This document shows positions 1-9,500 of a stretch of DNA of 63,884 bases, piece after piece. The translations under genes and the position numbers were made by a program. The stretch is from Myxococcales bacterium (GTDB taxonomy: Bacteria; Myxococcota; Myxococcia; Myxococcales; 40CM-4-68-19), in contig DASQBG010000223.1 of assembly GCA_035635335.1 (NCBI GenBank), forward strand, positions 1 through 63,884, in the 5' to 3' direction. Numbering within the stretch: the stretch's first letter is position 1; every line of letters starts with the position of its first letter. A model generated the notes under the pieces. It did not search any database and had not been told where the DNA came from. It was given only the letters and a program-made list of their open reading frames with translations.

Positions 1-1019
1 AAGAGGAACGTCTTGCGCACCGCCTCGGTGTCGATGGCGTAGTTGAGCGCCTGGCGGACGCGGGCGTCGGCGAAGAACCCCCGCTCCTCGTTCCAGCCGA
101 TCCAGTTGTAGTTCGGGTTGAAGAACCGGATGCGGCGTACCCTGCCCTTCAGGCCCGTGGCCTCCAGATCGCGCAGCCATTGCTGCGGCTGCAGCCCGAG
201 GTAGAGGTCGAATTCCCCCTGCTTGAGCAACTGGAACCCGACCGCGGGATCGGCGACGACCCGGTACACGACGCGCTCGAGCCAGGCCTTGCGGCCCCAG
301 TAGCGCTCGTTGCGCACGAAGGAGATCCGGTCGCCGCTCTTCCACGCCTCGAATCGGAACGGCCCGGTGCCCACGGGCGCGCGGTGGACCTTTGCGTGCA
401 GCATGTCGCCGGCTTGCGCCAGGAGGTGCGCCGGATAGATGGGAAGCGTCGCCAGAGCGCGGAAGGCGAGGAAGTAGGGCTTGCGGTAGCGAGCGACAAC
501 GGTGAAGTCGTCGCCCGGCGCGGTTGCGATGTCGGCGAGATCGGCGAAGTTGTTGCGCAGGTGGAGCGAGCGGACGCCGGGGTCGAGGATCTTCTTGACC
601 GTGGCGACCACGTCCTTGCCGCTGAACGGCGCGCCGTCGTGCCAGACGACCCCGCGGCGCAGGTGGAAGGTGAAGCTGAGTTGGTCCGGGGAGATCTCCC
701 AACTGGTCGCCAGCGCTGGCTCGAGCGGGTAGTCGGGGTGCTTCTTCGCATCCAGCCGCGCCATCGACTCGACGACCTTGCGCTCCAGCATCCAGACGAT
801 GGCCAGCGCGGAGTCGGTGATCCCGTCAAGGCTGGGCGGCTCCTGGTCGATGCGCACCACCAGGGTCCCTCCCCTGGACGGTTCCCCCTGCGTGACGCTC
901 GCGGGCAGGAGGCCTTCGCGCCAGTCCGCCTCGGCGTCCGCAGACGCAGCGGCGGCGGCGCCGCGGGTGCAGGCAACCGCGAGCAGTACGATGGCGAGCC
1001 GGCACGCGGCGCGGGTCAA
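1..1019 (-). CDS. ABC transporter substrate-binding lipoprotein, family 5 (peptide/nickel type). The 3' end runs off the window.
   Basis: Not in the ORF track, because there is no stop inside the window. Manual minus-strand translation from TTG at 1019 gives LTRAACRLAIVLLAVAC (lipobox-like signal), then GTLVVRIDQEPPSLD, VVWHDGAPFSGKDVV, PVGTGPFRFEAWKSGDRISFVRNERYWG and ALNYAIDTEAVRKTFL. This is the usual SBP family 5 motif series. Track ORFs 149..976(-) and 180..1646(+) are off-frame R/P/A-rich artefacts. Confidence 0.8.
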   Translation of the reverse strand, partial: MTRAACRLAIVLLAVACTRGAAAAASADAEADWREGLLPASVTQGEPSRGGTLVVRIDQEPPSLDGITDSALAIVWMLERKVVESMARLDAKKHPDYPLEPALATSWEISPDQLSFTFHLRRGVVWHDGAPFSGKDVVATVKKILDPGVRSLHLRNNFADLADIATAPGDDFTVVARYRKPYFLAFRALATLPIYPAHLLAQAGDMLHAKVHRAPVGTGPFRFEAWKSGDRISFVRNERYWGRKAWLERVVYRVVADPAVGFQLLKQGEFDLYLGLQPQQWLRDLEATGLKGRVRRIRFFNPNYNWIGWNEERGFFADARVRQALNYAIDTEAVRKTFL

Positions 1020-1121
1020 CGGATCCTCCGGCGCAGGGACGCGCCGGGGCATGTTACAGGCGGATCCCGACCCGTCCGAATTTACGGCCCGCGGCTCACC
1101 GCAGGGCGGAGGAGGCGGGTA

Positions 1122-1197
1122 TGGAGGCACCGGCCGGATTCGAACCGGCGAATGCGGGATTTGCAGTCCCGTGCCTTACCAACTTGGCGACGGTGCC
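1122..1197 (-). tRNA. tRNA-Cys (anticodon GCA), CCA encoded
   Basis: The reverse complement reads GGCACCGTCGCCAAGTTGGTAAGGCACGGGACTGCAAATCCCGCATTCGCCGGTTCGAATCCGGCCGGTGCCTCCA. It has a 7-bp acceptor stem (GGCACCG/CGGTGCC), an anticodon stem CGGGA/TCCCG with loop CTGCAAA, a T-arm GCCGG-TTCGAAT-CCGGC, and a 3' TCCA. Confidence 0.95.
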
Positions 1198-1539
1198 GTG
1201 CCTGGAGGGCCCGCAGGTATCGCGGAGCCCGACCGGCGTCAAGGTCCGCCGGTCCGCCGGGCAACCAAACGCGCCACCCGGCCCTTCGGCCCGACCGCCC
1301 AGCCGGCCAGCCCCCACCAGGAAAGCGCGTTCATCGAGCCAGGTGCCCGCCCGTCCCGCTCGCCCAGGCGGTCTGCTCGTCGACGGCTACCACGGCGCGC
1401 AGATCGGCCGTCACACCGGAGCGTTGCTCGACCATCTCCGGCGCGGTGACCCGCTGGACCGGTCGCCATGAAGCACACCCGGGGACGAAGCGCAGGGCGA
1501 CGGCGGCGGCGCCGGCGATGCGCAGGGCAGCTCTGGCGT

Positions 1540-2628
1540 TCACGCGCGCGGCGCCGGCGGCCCGCGCTTGGGCACCACCAGCCCTCGCGAGAGCCGGCGC
1601 AGTACCCGGCGCAGCTGGCGCTTCTTGTACCGGGGGTGCGCGTTGATGCCGCTCTCGTTCGCGCGCGCGGTGTCGGCGTCCACGAGCTGCAGCTCCACCA
1701 TGCAGAAGGCGATGCGGCTGTCGGCGGTGTCCACCGCGCGCTCCGGGAGCCGGACCGGCAGGTCGACCACGAAGTTCAGCACCTGGTAGTTGTCGCCGCT
1801 GAACTCGTTCGCCGGCGGCGCGTTGCCCTCGCGCCGATCGAGATCCTCCAGTTGCAGGCCTGCCTGCAGCTCGGGGGCGAGCTTGCGCAGGCTGGGGGTC
1901 TCGCGCACCAGGCGCCGGAAGCTGAACAGCGTATTCTGCGTCTGCCCGGGCACCACGAAGTTGAAGGGCACCAGCACGTCGCACAGCCGCACCAGGATCG
2001 GGAGCACGTCGTCCCGGTGCGCGGCGACGACGCGGTAGCGCACCCGATCGTAGATCTGGGCCGCCAGCGTCTCCTTCTTCGCGAGGAGCTTGGTGATCAG
2101 GCTGTGGCGCGTCTTCACGCTGCCGGCCGCGGACAGGATCGGCATGCCCGCCCGCCGCAGCTGGGCAATGGCGTGATCGACGCGCCCGGTGACGAGCTGC
2201 GCCAGCTCGTCCTCGCTCACCCGCGCCCGGTGCAGCAGGCCGCGCGCCTCGACGTGGTGCACCACGTGCATCACCTTGAGCACCAGGCAGGCGATGCGGC
2301 GCAGGCGCTGCGGCTCTCGCGCCCCGGAGGCGAGGAGGAACAGGTCCTGCACCTCGCGCGGCCGCGCCACCTCCTCGGCCACGCGGTACCGGAAGCTGGT
2401 GCGCAGGTAGTCGACTGCCTCGTCCAGGATGCGCTGCACGCGCGCGCGGTCGAAGGGATCGTCCGGCTCGAACAGGCACAGCCGCAGGTAGTGGTCCACC
2501 TCCTCCTTGGTCTGGAAGTGGAGCCTGCGCCAGTCGATGACCGAGCCGCCGCGCAGGATGACCCGCATCCGTTCCAGGTCGCCCAGCGACCAGGACTCGG
2601 GGACGGGCAGCGGCGGACGGACGATCAC
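1540..2628 (-). CDS. RelA/SpoT-fold (RSH-like) nucleotidyltransferase-domain protein of an uncharacterised myxobacterial family. Last gene of the Glt/Nfs-like operon.
   Basis: 362-aa ORF lying 16 nt downstream of 2645..3136. Its motif series resembles the alarmone-synthetase fold. VKTRHSLITKLLAKK...IYDRVRYRVV matches R-x-K ... D-x-x-R. SGDNYQVLNFVVDLPVRL matches G-Y-x-S-x-H. MVELQLVD...NAHPRYKKRQ matches E-I-Q-I-R-T ... H-x-x-YK. Assignment is from motif memory only. Confidence 0.65.
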   Translation of the reverse strand: MIVRPPLPVPESWSLGDLERMRVILRGGSVIDWRRLHFQTKEEVDHYLRLCLFEPDDPFDRARVQRILDEAVDYLRTSFRYRVAEEVARPREVQDLFLLASGAREPQRLRRIACLVLKVMHVVHHVEARGLLHRARVSEDELAQLVTGRVDHAIAQLRRAGMPILSAAGSVKTRHSLITKLLAKKETLAAQIYDRVRYRVVAAHRDDVLPILVRLCDVLVPFNFVVPGQTQNTLFSFRRLVRETPSLRKLAPELQAGLQLEDLDRREGNAPPANEFSGDNYQVLNFVVDLPVRLPERAVDTADSRIAFCMVELQLVDADTARANESGINAHPRYKKRQLRRVLRRLSRGLVVPKRGPPAPRA

Positions 2629-2644
2629 CGCCGCCGAGACTACC

Positions 2645-3136
2645 TCAGAGCGCGCAGCGAAGGGACGGGAGCACGGCGAGCCCCATGCCGGAGCGCACCG
2701 CGACGGCGTCGACCTCGAGCCCGATCGCGAACCGCTTCACGAACGGCTGGAAGAGGAGCTGCGCGCCGGCGAATCCCGCCGGCCCGGAGCCGCTCCGCGT
2801 CGCGGCTGCCCAGCCCGCGCCGACGCGGCCCCACAACATCAGCTTGCCGTCCCCATCCAGCTGGAACAGCCGCGCGCGAGCGGCCAGCCCTGCGGCGACC
2901 CGCGACTGGTCGCCCGGGGATCGCAGCGGCGCCTGGTCCAGCGCTCCCGAGAGCCATGCCTCCGCCGCGAGGCGGTCGGTGAGACCGACACCCACCCCGA
3001 GCCGCACCTCCGGCCCGACGCCGGCGCCCAGGTTGCGGAAGAGCACCTGCGGCCCGGCTTGCATCTCCACCCACGGGCCGCCCTGCGAGACCGGCGACGG
3101 CGGCGCGGCCAGCAAGGCCGCGATCAGCGCGATCAT
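2645..3136 (-). CDS. Small outer-membrane beta-barrel-like protein (GltH/NfsH position)
   Basis: 163 aa with a hydrophobic N-terminal signal (MIALIAALLAAPPSP). It has alternating Gly/hydrophobic strands (RLGVGVGL, LMLWGRVGAGWAA, FAIGLEVDAVAV). The start lies 5 nt after the stop of 3141..5084. Confidence 0.6.
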   Translation of the reverse strand: MIALIAALLAAPPSPVSQGGPWVEMQAGPQVLFRNLGAGVGPEVRLGVGVGLTDRLAAEAWLSGALDQAPLRSPGDQSRVAAGLAARARLFQLDGDGKLMLWGRVGAGWAAATRSGSGPAGFAGAQLLFQPFVKRFAIGLEVDAVAVRSGMGLAVLPSLRCAL

Positions 3137-3140
3137 GCTC

Positions 3141-5084
3141 CTACCCTCCCGGCGTGAAGATGAAGGGGTAGGTGACGAAGACCTCGCCGCCTCCCTTCGG
3201 GATGGGGAACCGCCAGGTCTTGATCTTCGACGCCACGCACTGCTCGACCGTGTGGTCCCGCATCGTGCTCTCCTGCGTGTGCGCCTCGGTCACCGTGCCG
3301 CTCTGGTCGATGGTCCAAGCGCTCACCAGCTTCCCGGCGAGGTTCGGCTTGGTGTTCAGCTGCGTCTCGTAGCAGGTGCGGATCTGTGCGCGGTGCTCGT
3401 GCACGACCTTGCGGATCAGCTCGGGATCGATGGAGCCGGTCACCTGCGGCCGCCCGGGGCCCAGGCCGATGTCCGCGTCCGACTTGCCGCGCAGGCCGCC
3501 CTTGCCGTCGCCGTAGCTCGCCAGGCCTCCGCCGATGCCGTTGGTCCCGATGCGGGCGAGGCCCAGGCCGGAGCCGTCGCCGCCGCCACCTGTGCCGCCC
3601 AGCGACTTCAGGCCCATGCCGCCGCCATGCGCCTCGCCCACCTTTGGCCCGGTGAGGTGGCCCATGGCGTCGCGGGTGCCCTTCTCCAGGGCGACGCCGA
3701 ACACGTCGCTCGCGCCCTTCCCCATCCCGAGTGCCTTGAGCAAGCCGGTGTTGGCGACGATGGCGCGCTCGTCCCGGGCGCGCTCGGCGCGGCCGTCGCG
3801 GCGCGGCGCGCTCTTGCTGCCCGCCTCGCCCTCCTGGCCGCTATGCCGCGCGACCGCCTTGCCCGGGTCCTTGCGCCCCTGCGCCTTGGACGTCTGTTGC
3901 GGCAGCGCCATCGGATCCGGCTTCTTGGGCGAGGCGCGAACCACCAGCGGGCGGGGCCGGATCACCTCCGGGTCGCCGCTGACCTTCGAGGTGGGCACGC
4001 TGCCCGCGAGCACCTTCATGCCGAGGATGAGCAGCAGCGCGGCGATCGAGGCCCCCAGCATGCCTCGCCAGTCGGTCGGCTCCGCCGAGACGCGCGCGGC
4101 CGTCTGCACCCGGCGGACGCGCAGCGACAGGGTGCCGGAACCGAGCACCGCGACGCCCTTCTGCGGGAGCGGCAGGATGAGCCCGTGGGTGTCGGCCTGG
4201 CTGCGGCCCCGCACGAGCAGCTCAGGCCCGCCCAGGGAGCGGCCTTCCTCGACGAGCGTGAGCGAGAGCGGCCGCGGCGCGCAGACCGTCCACCCGCTCG
4301 CGTCGCAGCGCACCACCGGGGACCGGAGGATGCCTTCCAGCAGGGCGTCGCAGCCGGGCGCGGTACCGGCCACCAGCTCCTCGCCCGGAGCGAGCTGCCA
4401 GACGGACAGGCGGGTCCGGCCCCAGAACAGCTCGGCCTCGACGCACTCGCCGCCCTGAACGGCCTGCTCGGGGAGCAGCGGCAGCCCGCGCAGCGGAAGC
4501 ACCGGGGCGGGCGCCGGCTCCGGAGGTGGAACGGCGACCAGCGGCTGCACCGCGGCGGGCTGCGGCGCGGGCTCGGGCACGGGCTCCGGGAGGTCCAGGT
4601 CCGAGGCCGGCAGCTCCGGGATGGCGGCATGGATGCCGCGATCGCTGCGGGCCTCGGTCCCGCGCGGCAGCGGCTCGTCGCGCACCACCGCGAGGGCGGG
4701 CGGATGGGCGTGCGAGCTCTCCGGCTCCCAATCCGCTTCGCCCTCGATGAGCTGCAAGCGCGGACGCTTCTCGGGAACCGGCCCGGGAGCGGAGGCGCGC
4801 AGCTCGACCATGACACGCAGATCGCCGACCGAGATCAGGTCGCCGTGCCGGAGCGGGGCGGCGATGATCGGCTGCCCGTTCAGGTACAGCGGGGCCGGTC
4901 CAACCGCCCGAAGCACCCCCCCCGCCGCACCGCAATCGATGACCGCGTGGCTGGGGACGATCCCGCTGCCGGCCAGGACCAGGTCGCAAGAGCCGCTGCC
5001 GATGCGGATCTGCTCCGAGCGGAAGAGCCGGGACAGCTTCAGCTTGCCGCCCTCATAGACCTTCAGGTGGATCGAGATGGCCAT
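3141..5084 (-). CDS. FHA-domain / single-TM / TonB_C-like (AgmX-PglI type C-terminal domain) protein; GltG/NfsG-like
   Basis: 647 aa. The N-terminus is FHA-like (IRIGSGSCDLVL, HAVIDC, LYLNGQPI, LRHGDLISVGDLRVMV). There is one TM (MLGASIAALLLILGMKVLAG) and a long P/G/A-rich linker. The C-terminus reads GSIDPELIRKVVHEHRAQIRTCYE...GEVFVTYPFIFTPGG, which is TonB-C-like. Confidence 0.8.
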   Translation of the reverse strand: MAISIHLKVYEGGKLKLSRLFRSEQIRIGSGSCDLVLAGSGIVPSHAVIDCGAAGGVLRAVGPAPLYLNGQPIIAAPLRHGDLISVGDLRVMVELRASAPGPVPEKRPRLQLIEGEADWEPESSHAHPPALAVVRDEPLPRGTEARSDRGIHAAIPELPASDLDLPEPVPEPAPQPAAVQPLVAVPPPEPAPAPVLPLRGLPLLPEQAVQGGECVEAELFWGRTRLSVWQLAPGEELVAGTAPGCDALLEGILRSPVVRCDASGWTVCAPRPLSLTLVEEGRSLGGPELLVRGRSQADTHGLILPLPQKGVAVLGSGTLSLRVRRVQTAARVSAEPTDWRGMLGASIAALLLILGMKVLAGSVPTSKVSGDPEVIRPRPLVVRASPKKPDPMALPQQTSKAQGRKDPGKAVARHSGQEGEAGSKSAPRRDGRAERARDERAIVANTGLLKALGMGKGASDVFGVALEKGTRDAMGHLTGPKVGEAHGGGMGLKSLGGTGGGGDGSGLGLARIGTNGIGGGLASYGDGKGGLRGKSDADIGLGPGRPQVTGSIDPELIRKVVHEHRAQIRTCYETQLNTKPNLAGKLVSAWTIDQSGTVTEAHTQESTMRDHTVEQCVASKIKTWRFPIPKGGGEVFVTYPFIFTPGG

Positions 5085-5112
5085 GTCCCTGAGTCGCTCC
5101 GAGGAGTCGTCG

Positions 5113-5403
5113 CTACTCGCCGCGCGCCGCCCCCGACAGCGCGCGATCGATGAAGCTGCGCCGCATGCGCAGCAGGCTTCCCTCGGCGACCCGGCGCGGC
5201 GCCTGCACCAGCTCGCCGTCGGGCCGGGTGATGTCGCCGCGGATGTCGTCCTCTCCGAAATGGATGACGGTGCGGCGCGGCCGGGCGGCCGGCTGGTCGG
5301 TCCTCTGCTGCGCGGGCGCGGCCCTCACCGCCTCGTCCGCCGCCGCGGCGGAGGACACCGCGGCCGCGAGCACCACCCCCCAGAACTTCCGTGGCATCGC
5401 CAC
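5113..5403 (-). CDS. Small secreted/anchored protein (GltF/NfsF position)
   Basis: 96 aa with signal/anchor MAMPRKFWGVVLAAAVSSAAAA, followed by VIHFGEDDIRGDITRPDGELV. It sits 19 nt after the upstream gene and 28 nt before the next one. The assignment is positional only. Confidence 0.55.
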   Translation of the reverse strand: MAMPRKFWGVVLAAAVSSAAAADEAVRAAPAQQRTDQPAARPRRTVIHFGEDDIRGDITRPDGELVQAPRRVAEGSLLRMRRSFIDRALSGAARGE

Positions 5404-5422
5404 CCTCCCGCCCTCCCTTCCC

Positions 5423-6547
5423 CTACTGCACGACCGATGCCTGAGCGCGCGTTCTCAGTGTTTCCTCGCAGCGCTGCACCAAGGCGTGGATCGGATGCCC
5501 CGCCGGCGGCGCATTGACCGACAGCCGTAGGAAAACCTTTGCCTCGGCAAGCGCCGTCTTTGCATCGCCTTCGAGCTCCTTGACGCGCGCCAGCTCCAGG
5601 TGTGGCTCCGGCCAGCCCGGCGCCCGCTTCGCCGCCAGGAGCAGCTGTTCCTCGGCTTGCGCCTTCTGCCCTTGCGCGGCCAGGACCGCCCCGAGCGCGA
5701 GCCGGACCGCCGCCGCCTCCGGCTCCAGCTCGGCCGCCCGCGAGAGCTGCTCCAACGCCTCGGCGGCCAGCCCGCGCTCGGCCAGCGCGCGGCCGAGCGC
5801 GAGGGCGGCTCGGGCGGAGTCCTCGTCCGCGTCCACCGCCGCTCGCGCGGCAGCCAGCTCCGCGGCGGGATCGCCCGCGGCGCGCGCGATTTCGGCCTGC
5901 AGCAAGAGCGGCTCCGCGTCGTCCGGCTCGGCCTTGGCGGCTCGCGCGGCGAGCAGCTTCGCGACCCCCATGCTCCGTTGCGCGAGGTGCGCGCGCGCAA
6001 GCACGCAGAGCGCGCCCGCATCTTCCGGATCGCGCACCAGCGCCGATCGCGCGGCGGCCTGGGCAGCCACCGGATCCCGCAGCGCCAGCGCCACCTGCGC
6101 TTGCAGGACGAACGGGGCCGCGTCCTCCGGGAGCGCGGCGCGGGCCAGGGCGACCGAGGCCCGCGCGGCCTCGGCGTCGCCTCGATCGAGAGCGAGAGAG
6201 GCGGCTCGCGCGGCCGCGGTGAAGCGCAGCTCCGGGAAATCCGGCGCGGCGGCCGCGGCGAGGTACGCCGCTTCCGCGTGCTCGAGGCTCGCCGCGCGAT
6301 CGAGCGCGATCGCGTAGTCGAGCAGCGCGGGAGCGGAGCGCGGCGAGGCCTCCGCGGCCCGCTTGAACCGGGCCACCAGGTCCGGCGCGAGATCCAGCTT
6401 GCGCGCGCTGGCGGACGCGAGGATCGCGTCGTCGAGCGCCCGCCGGGCGTGCTCACCGTCTGCCGGCGGCGGCGGCGCGGGCGCCTGCGCCCGGGCGACT
6501 TGAGCCCAGCCGGCGAGCAGCGCCACCCCGATCGTCAGGCCCCTCAT
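5423..6547 (-). CDS. Secreted TPR-repeat protein (GltE/NfsE-like)
   Basis: Track ORF 5423..7603 is over-extended. The ATG at 6547 overlaps the upstream stop (ATGA) and gives signal peptide MRGLTIGVALLAGWAQVARAQ, followed by Ala/Leu-rich TPR-like repeats. Confidence 0.7.
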   Translation of the reverse strand: MRGLTIGVALLAGWAQVARAQAPAPPPPADGEHARRALDDAILASASARKLDLAPDLVARFKRAAEASPRSAPALLDYAIALDRAASLEHAEAAYLAAAAAPDFPELRFTAAARAASLALDRGDAEAARASVALARAALPEDAAPFVLQAQVALALRDPVAAQAAARSALVRDPEDAGALCVLARAHLAQRSMGVAKLLAARAAKAEPDDAEPLLLQAEIARAAGDPAAELAAARAAVDADEDSARAALALGRALAERGLAAEALEQLSRAAELEPEAAAVRLALGAVLAAQGQKAQAEEQLLLAAKRAPGWPEPHLELARVKELEGDAKTALAEAKVFLRLSVNAPPAGHPIHALVQRCEETLRTRAQASVVQ

Positions 6548-9500
6548 CGGTCCCTCCCGGACGTCCCGCCAATAATCTGTGCAGGCGAGACTGCCTTTGA
6601 CGTCCCGTCGGACTTCGACCCGGGCGCAATCCCGGACGGTGAGCTGCCGCGCTCGGGCCCGGCCGGCCGTCCGTCTGCCGTGACCAGCTCCGGGACCTGG
6701 CTGATCGGCATCCGCGCGACGGCCAGCTCCGCGCGGGGTTGGGGTTTTGTGCCCAGCTTTTCCAGGAGCGATCCGGCCCGCGCCACGCACGGGCCGGTGA
6801 CGCCCAGCTCGCGCGATCTGGCGTCGGCGCCGGCCAGCGTCTCCCGGGCTTCGGCGAGCAGGGGTCCGGCCTTTTCCTGCAGGGCGTCGCGGTAGAGCTT
6901 GCGCTCGTCCGCGGACAGCCCGCCCGGCGCCGGGCTGGTCGCGATCGCATGCGCGAGCAGCATCTGCGCCTCGCCGAGCTGCGCCAGCGCGCACACGGCA
7001 GGCCCGGCCTGCCGCATCGCGACCGTCTCCTCCGCCCGCTTCTTCATTTGCTGGAGCAAGGCGATCTTGCGGTTCAGCGTGCGCGCCAGCGGCGGGTGGA
7101 TCTGCTGCTTCTTGAAGTCCTCGAAAGTGGGAAGCCCCAGGGCGAAGTGCGCCTCGGCCGCGGCTGCGCTCGCCTCGGGCGGCAATGCCGCGCGTCCGTT
7201 CGCCGAGAGACCCCGCCAGACCGTTTCCAGCTGGCGCCACGCCCAACTCGCGTTCCCGGTCTCTCGCGCGGCGGTGAACAGCCGCGCCGACTCGCGCCAG
7301 CTGGACATCTGCAGCGCCGGGTTGCCGCGCGCGGATCGGGCCAGATCGGCCAGCTCCCGTGCGGCACGGGCCGGATCGCCCGCCCTGGCGCGGAGCAGGT
7401 TGAGCGCGAACACCTGCTCGTCGCGGTCCGCCGCCCTGGGCCACTGCTGGAGCGCGTCCTTGCGGTCCTGGAGCGCCTTGGCGAGCTCCCCGCGCGCCTC
7501 GCGCAGCACCGCCGCGTCGTGCAGGGCGGTCTGCGCCTTCGCCTCGTCGTACAACGGCTCCGGCTCGCGCCTGTGGGATTTGGAGGGATGGGCGCGGCGC
7601 CACCTGCGCGCTTCCTGCTCCCGTTTATAGCCGGCGAAATACCGCTCGAGCAGGGCCGCCGCGTCGGCGAGATCTCCCACCGCCGCGTGGTCCGCCGCCG
7701 AGGCGAGCAGCGCACGAGGCACCAGCGCCGAGCCGGGCAGCTCCTTCCACAGCCGCGCGCGCGCGGCGAGCGCTGCGTCCACCTGGCTGGCCCGGGACAG
7801 TGCCGCGGCGGCGCCGAAGATCGCTTTGTCCGTCTGGGCTCCCCGGGGGTGCTCGTCGACGAACGCCAGCAGCGCGCCGGCCTTGGGTGCATCGCCCTCG
7901 ACCCCGTCCGCCATCGCGTAGGCGCTCTGCTCCTCCACGCGCTTCAAATCGGCCTGCAGCGTCCCATGGGCGATGAGGCGCTTGTCGGCGAGAAAGCGAA
8001 GCGCCCAGTCATGCACCGCTGGGTAGTCCTTGCGGAGGTTGGCGATGTCGAGCACCAGGTTCGCCGCGAATTCGGCCAGCTCGTGCTCGGGATGGCCCAG
8101 CGCGATCCAGGAGAGGTGCTTCTGCGCATCGTCCAGCCTGCCCGAGACGTACTCCAAGCGGCCCAGCTTGAAGGCGACCTCCACCGCGCGCTGCCCGTCA
8201 GGCAATGCCTCCAGGAAGAGCCGGCAGGAGCTCGCGAGCAGCTCCTCGTCGGCGCTCAGCGGGTGCTGCGCATTGTGCGCGTCCTTCGGCTTCCCGTCGC
8301 CCGCGACTTCCGCCCGCGCCACCACCGCGCCCCAGGCCGCCCGCTGCAACCACCGCCCCGGCCTCCTTCCGGCCCTCCGCGCCGCGAGGTCCTGGCGCAC
8401 CACCTGTTCGTAGAGAGACGCGGCCCGCGCCTTCTCCCCCAGCCCGTAGAGCAGCTCGGCGTCGAAGAAGCGCAGCTCGTAGGCGTCAGGCGCGTCCGGG
8501 AACAGCGCCAGGTAATCTGCATAGAGCGCCTTGGTGGCGGCGTACGTGTCCTCGAGGCGAGTCTTCTTCGCCTCGTTGTGGAGCTGGACGGCGAGGTTGC
8601 GCAGCGTCTCCTCGGCGTGCTGCTCCGCTTCGTCGATTGCCTCGCGGCCGTCGGCCTCCGCGCCCGCGGCTTTCTTCACCCGCTGGAAGGTCTCCACCAG
8701 CGCCTGCGCCTCGCGTAGCAGGTCCTTCCGCTTCCCTCCGCGCGCGGCGATCATCAGCAAGCGCGTCTGATCGAGCGCGGCGCCCGGGCTCCCGCCGTGG
8801 ATCTCCAACAACTGGCGGTGGATCAGCTGTGCCTCGGGGTCGCGGCCCTGGTCGAAGAGCAGCTTGCCGTACTGCTCGAGCATCTTCTGGCCCGCCTGCG
8901 CGCCGAACTTCTCCCGGAACTCCTCTCGTGCGCTCGAAGGCGCAGAGGCCCGCGCGTAGACGAGCACGTAGTCCCGGCGCGCCTCGCGCGCGAGCTGCAC
9001 CTTGTTCGCCTCGCTCCCGGACGGGTGCGCGGCGTCGCCGCCGAGGCTGACCGCCACCACCTTGTGCAAGAGCTTCAACGCATCGGCGAACGCGTTCTGG
9101 TTGAAGCGGCACCAGGCGGCCTTGTAGAGGGCGTACGGATACACGTCGTCGGTCTGGATCTCGGCCGCCGCGCGGTACTCCGCGAGCGCCTCGGCGAGCT
9201 TCGCCTTTTCGAAGAGGTGCTCCCCGACGAACACGTGCGCGGCGGGCGCCCAGGCAGACCTGGGGAAGCGCCGCGTCAGCTCGCGCGCGGCAGCGACCGC
9301 CTCCTCGTCCTTGCCGGAGTCCTGCAGGGCGTCGGCGAGGAAGAAGAGCGCCTCGTCCAGCTTGGGGGCGCGGGGGAACTTGCGGAGGAGCTCGCGGTAC
9401 AGCGCGACTCCCTCGGACCGGGCCACCTGCGCCGCCGCCTTGTCGCGCTCCGCGGCGGCCGGATCCTGGTCGGCTTCCGCGGCCGCGCGGATGGTCAGCG

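Noticed and set aside
1122-1540. A genomic island or prophage integrated at tRNA-Cys, carrying the Glt/Nfs-like cluster
   Set aside because: No integrase, no recognisable direct repeat of the tRNA 3' end, and no visible shift in base composition or codon style between the cluster and the flanking housekeeping genes.
2685-5153. A very long plus-strand ORF (822 aa), and similar giants at 180..1646(+), 18432..20912(+), 28681..31314(+), 38456..41479(+), 23942..26623(+), 42802..44736(-), 56548..58875(-) and 61708..63780(-)
   Set aside because: Each lies antisense or out of frame to a gene with clear family motifs (FHA/TonB_C, SBP, 7TM-HD, leuS, glyA/fabF, fabH/plsX, selA, HK). Their translations are R/A/G/P-rich and stop-poor, as expected by chance in DNA this GC-rich. 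They carry no recognisable motifs.
5423-7603. Over-extended N-termini in the ORF track (5423..7603, 6544..10794, 9939..11858, 11608..14490, 22444..23628, 33269..34873, 34417..35415, 37950..39716, 41520..42590, 52095..53516)
   Set aside because: The extensions run through the upstream gene in another frame and are R/P/G-rich. Internal starts give proper signal peptides or conserved N-termini, and often sit in ATGA overlaps with the upstream stop.
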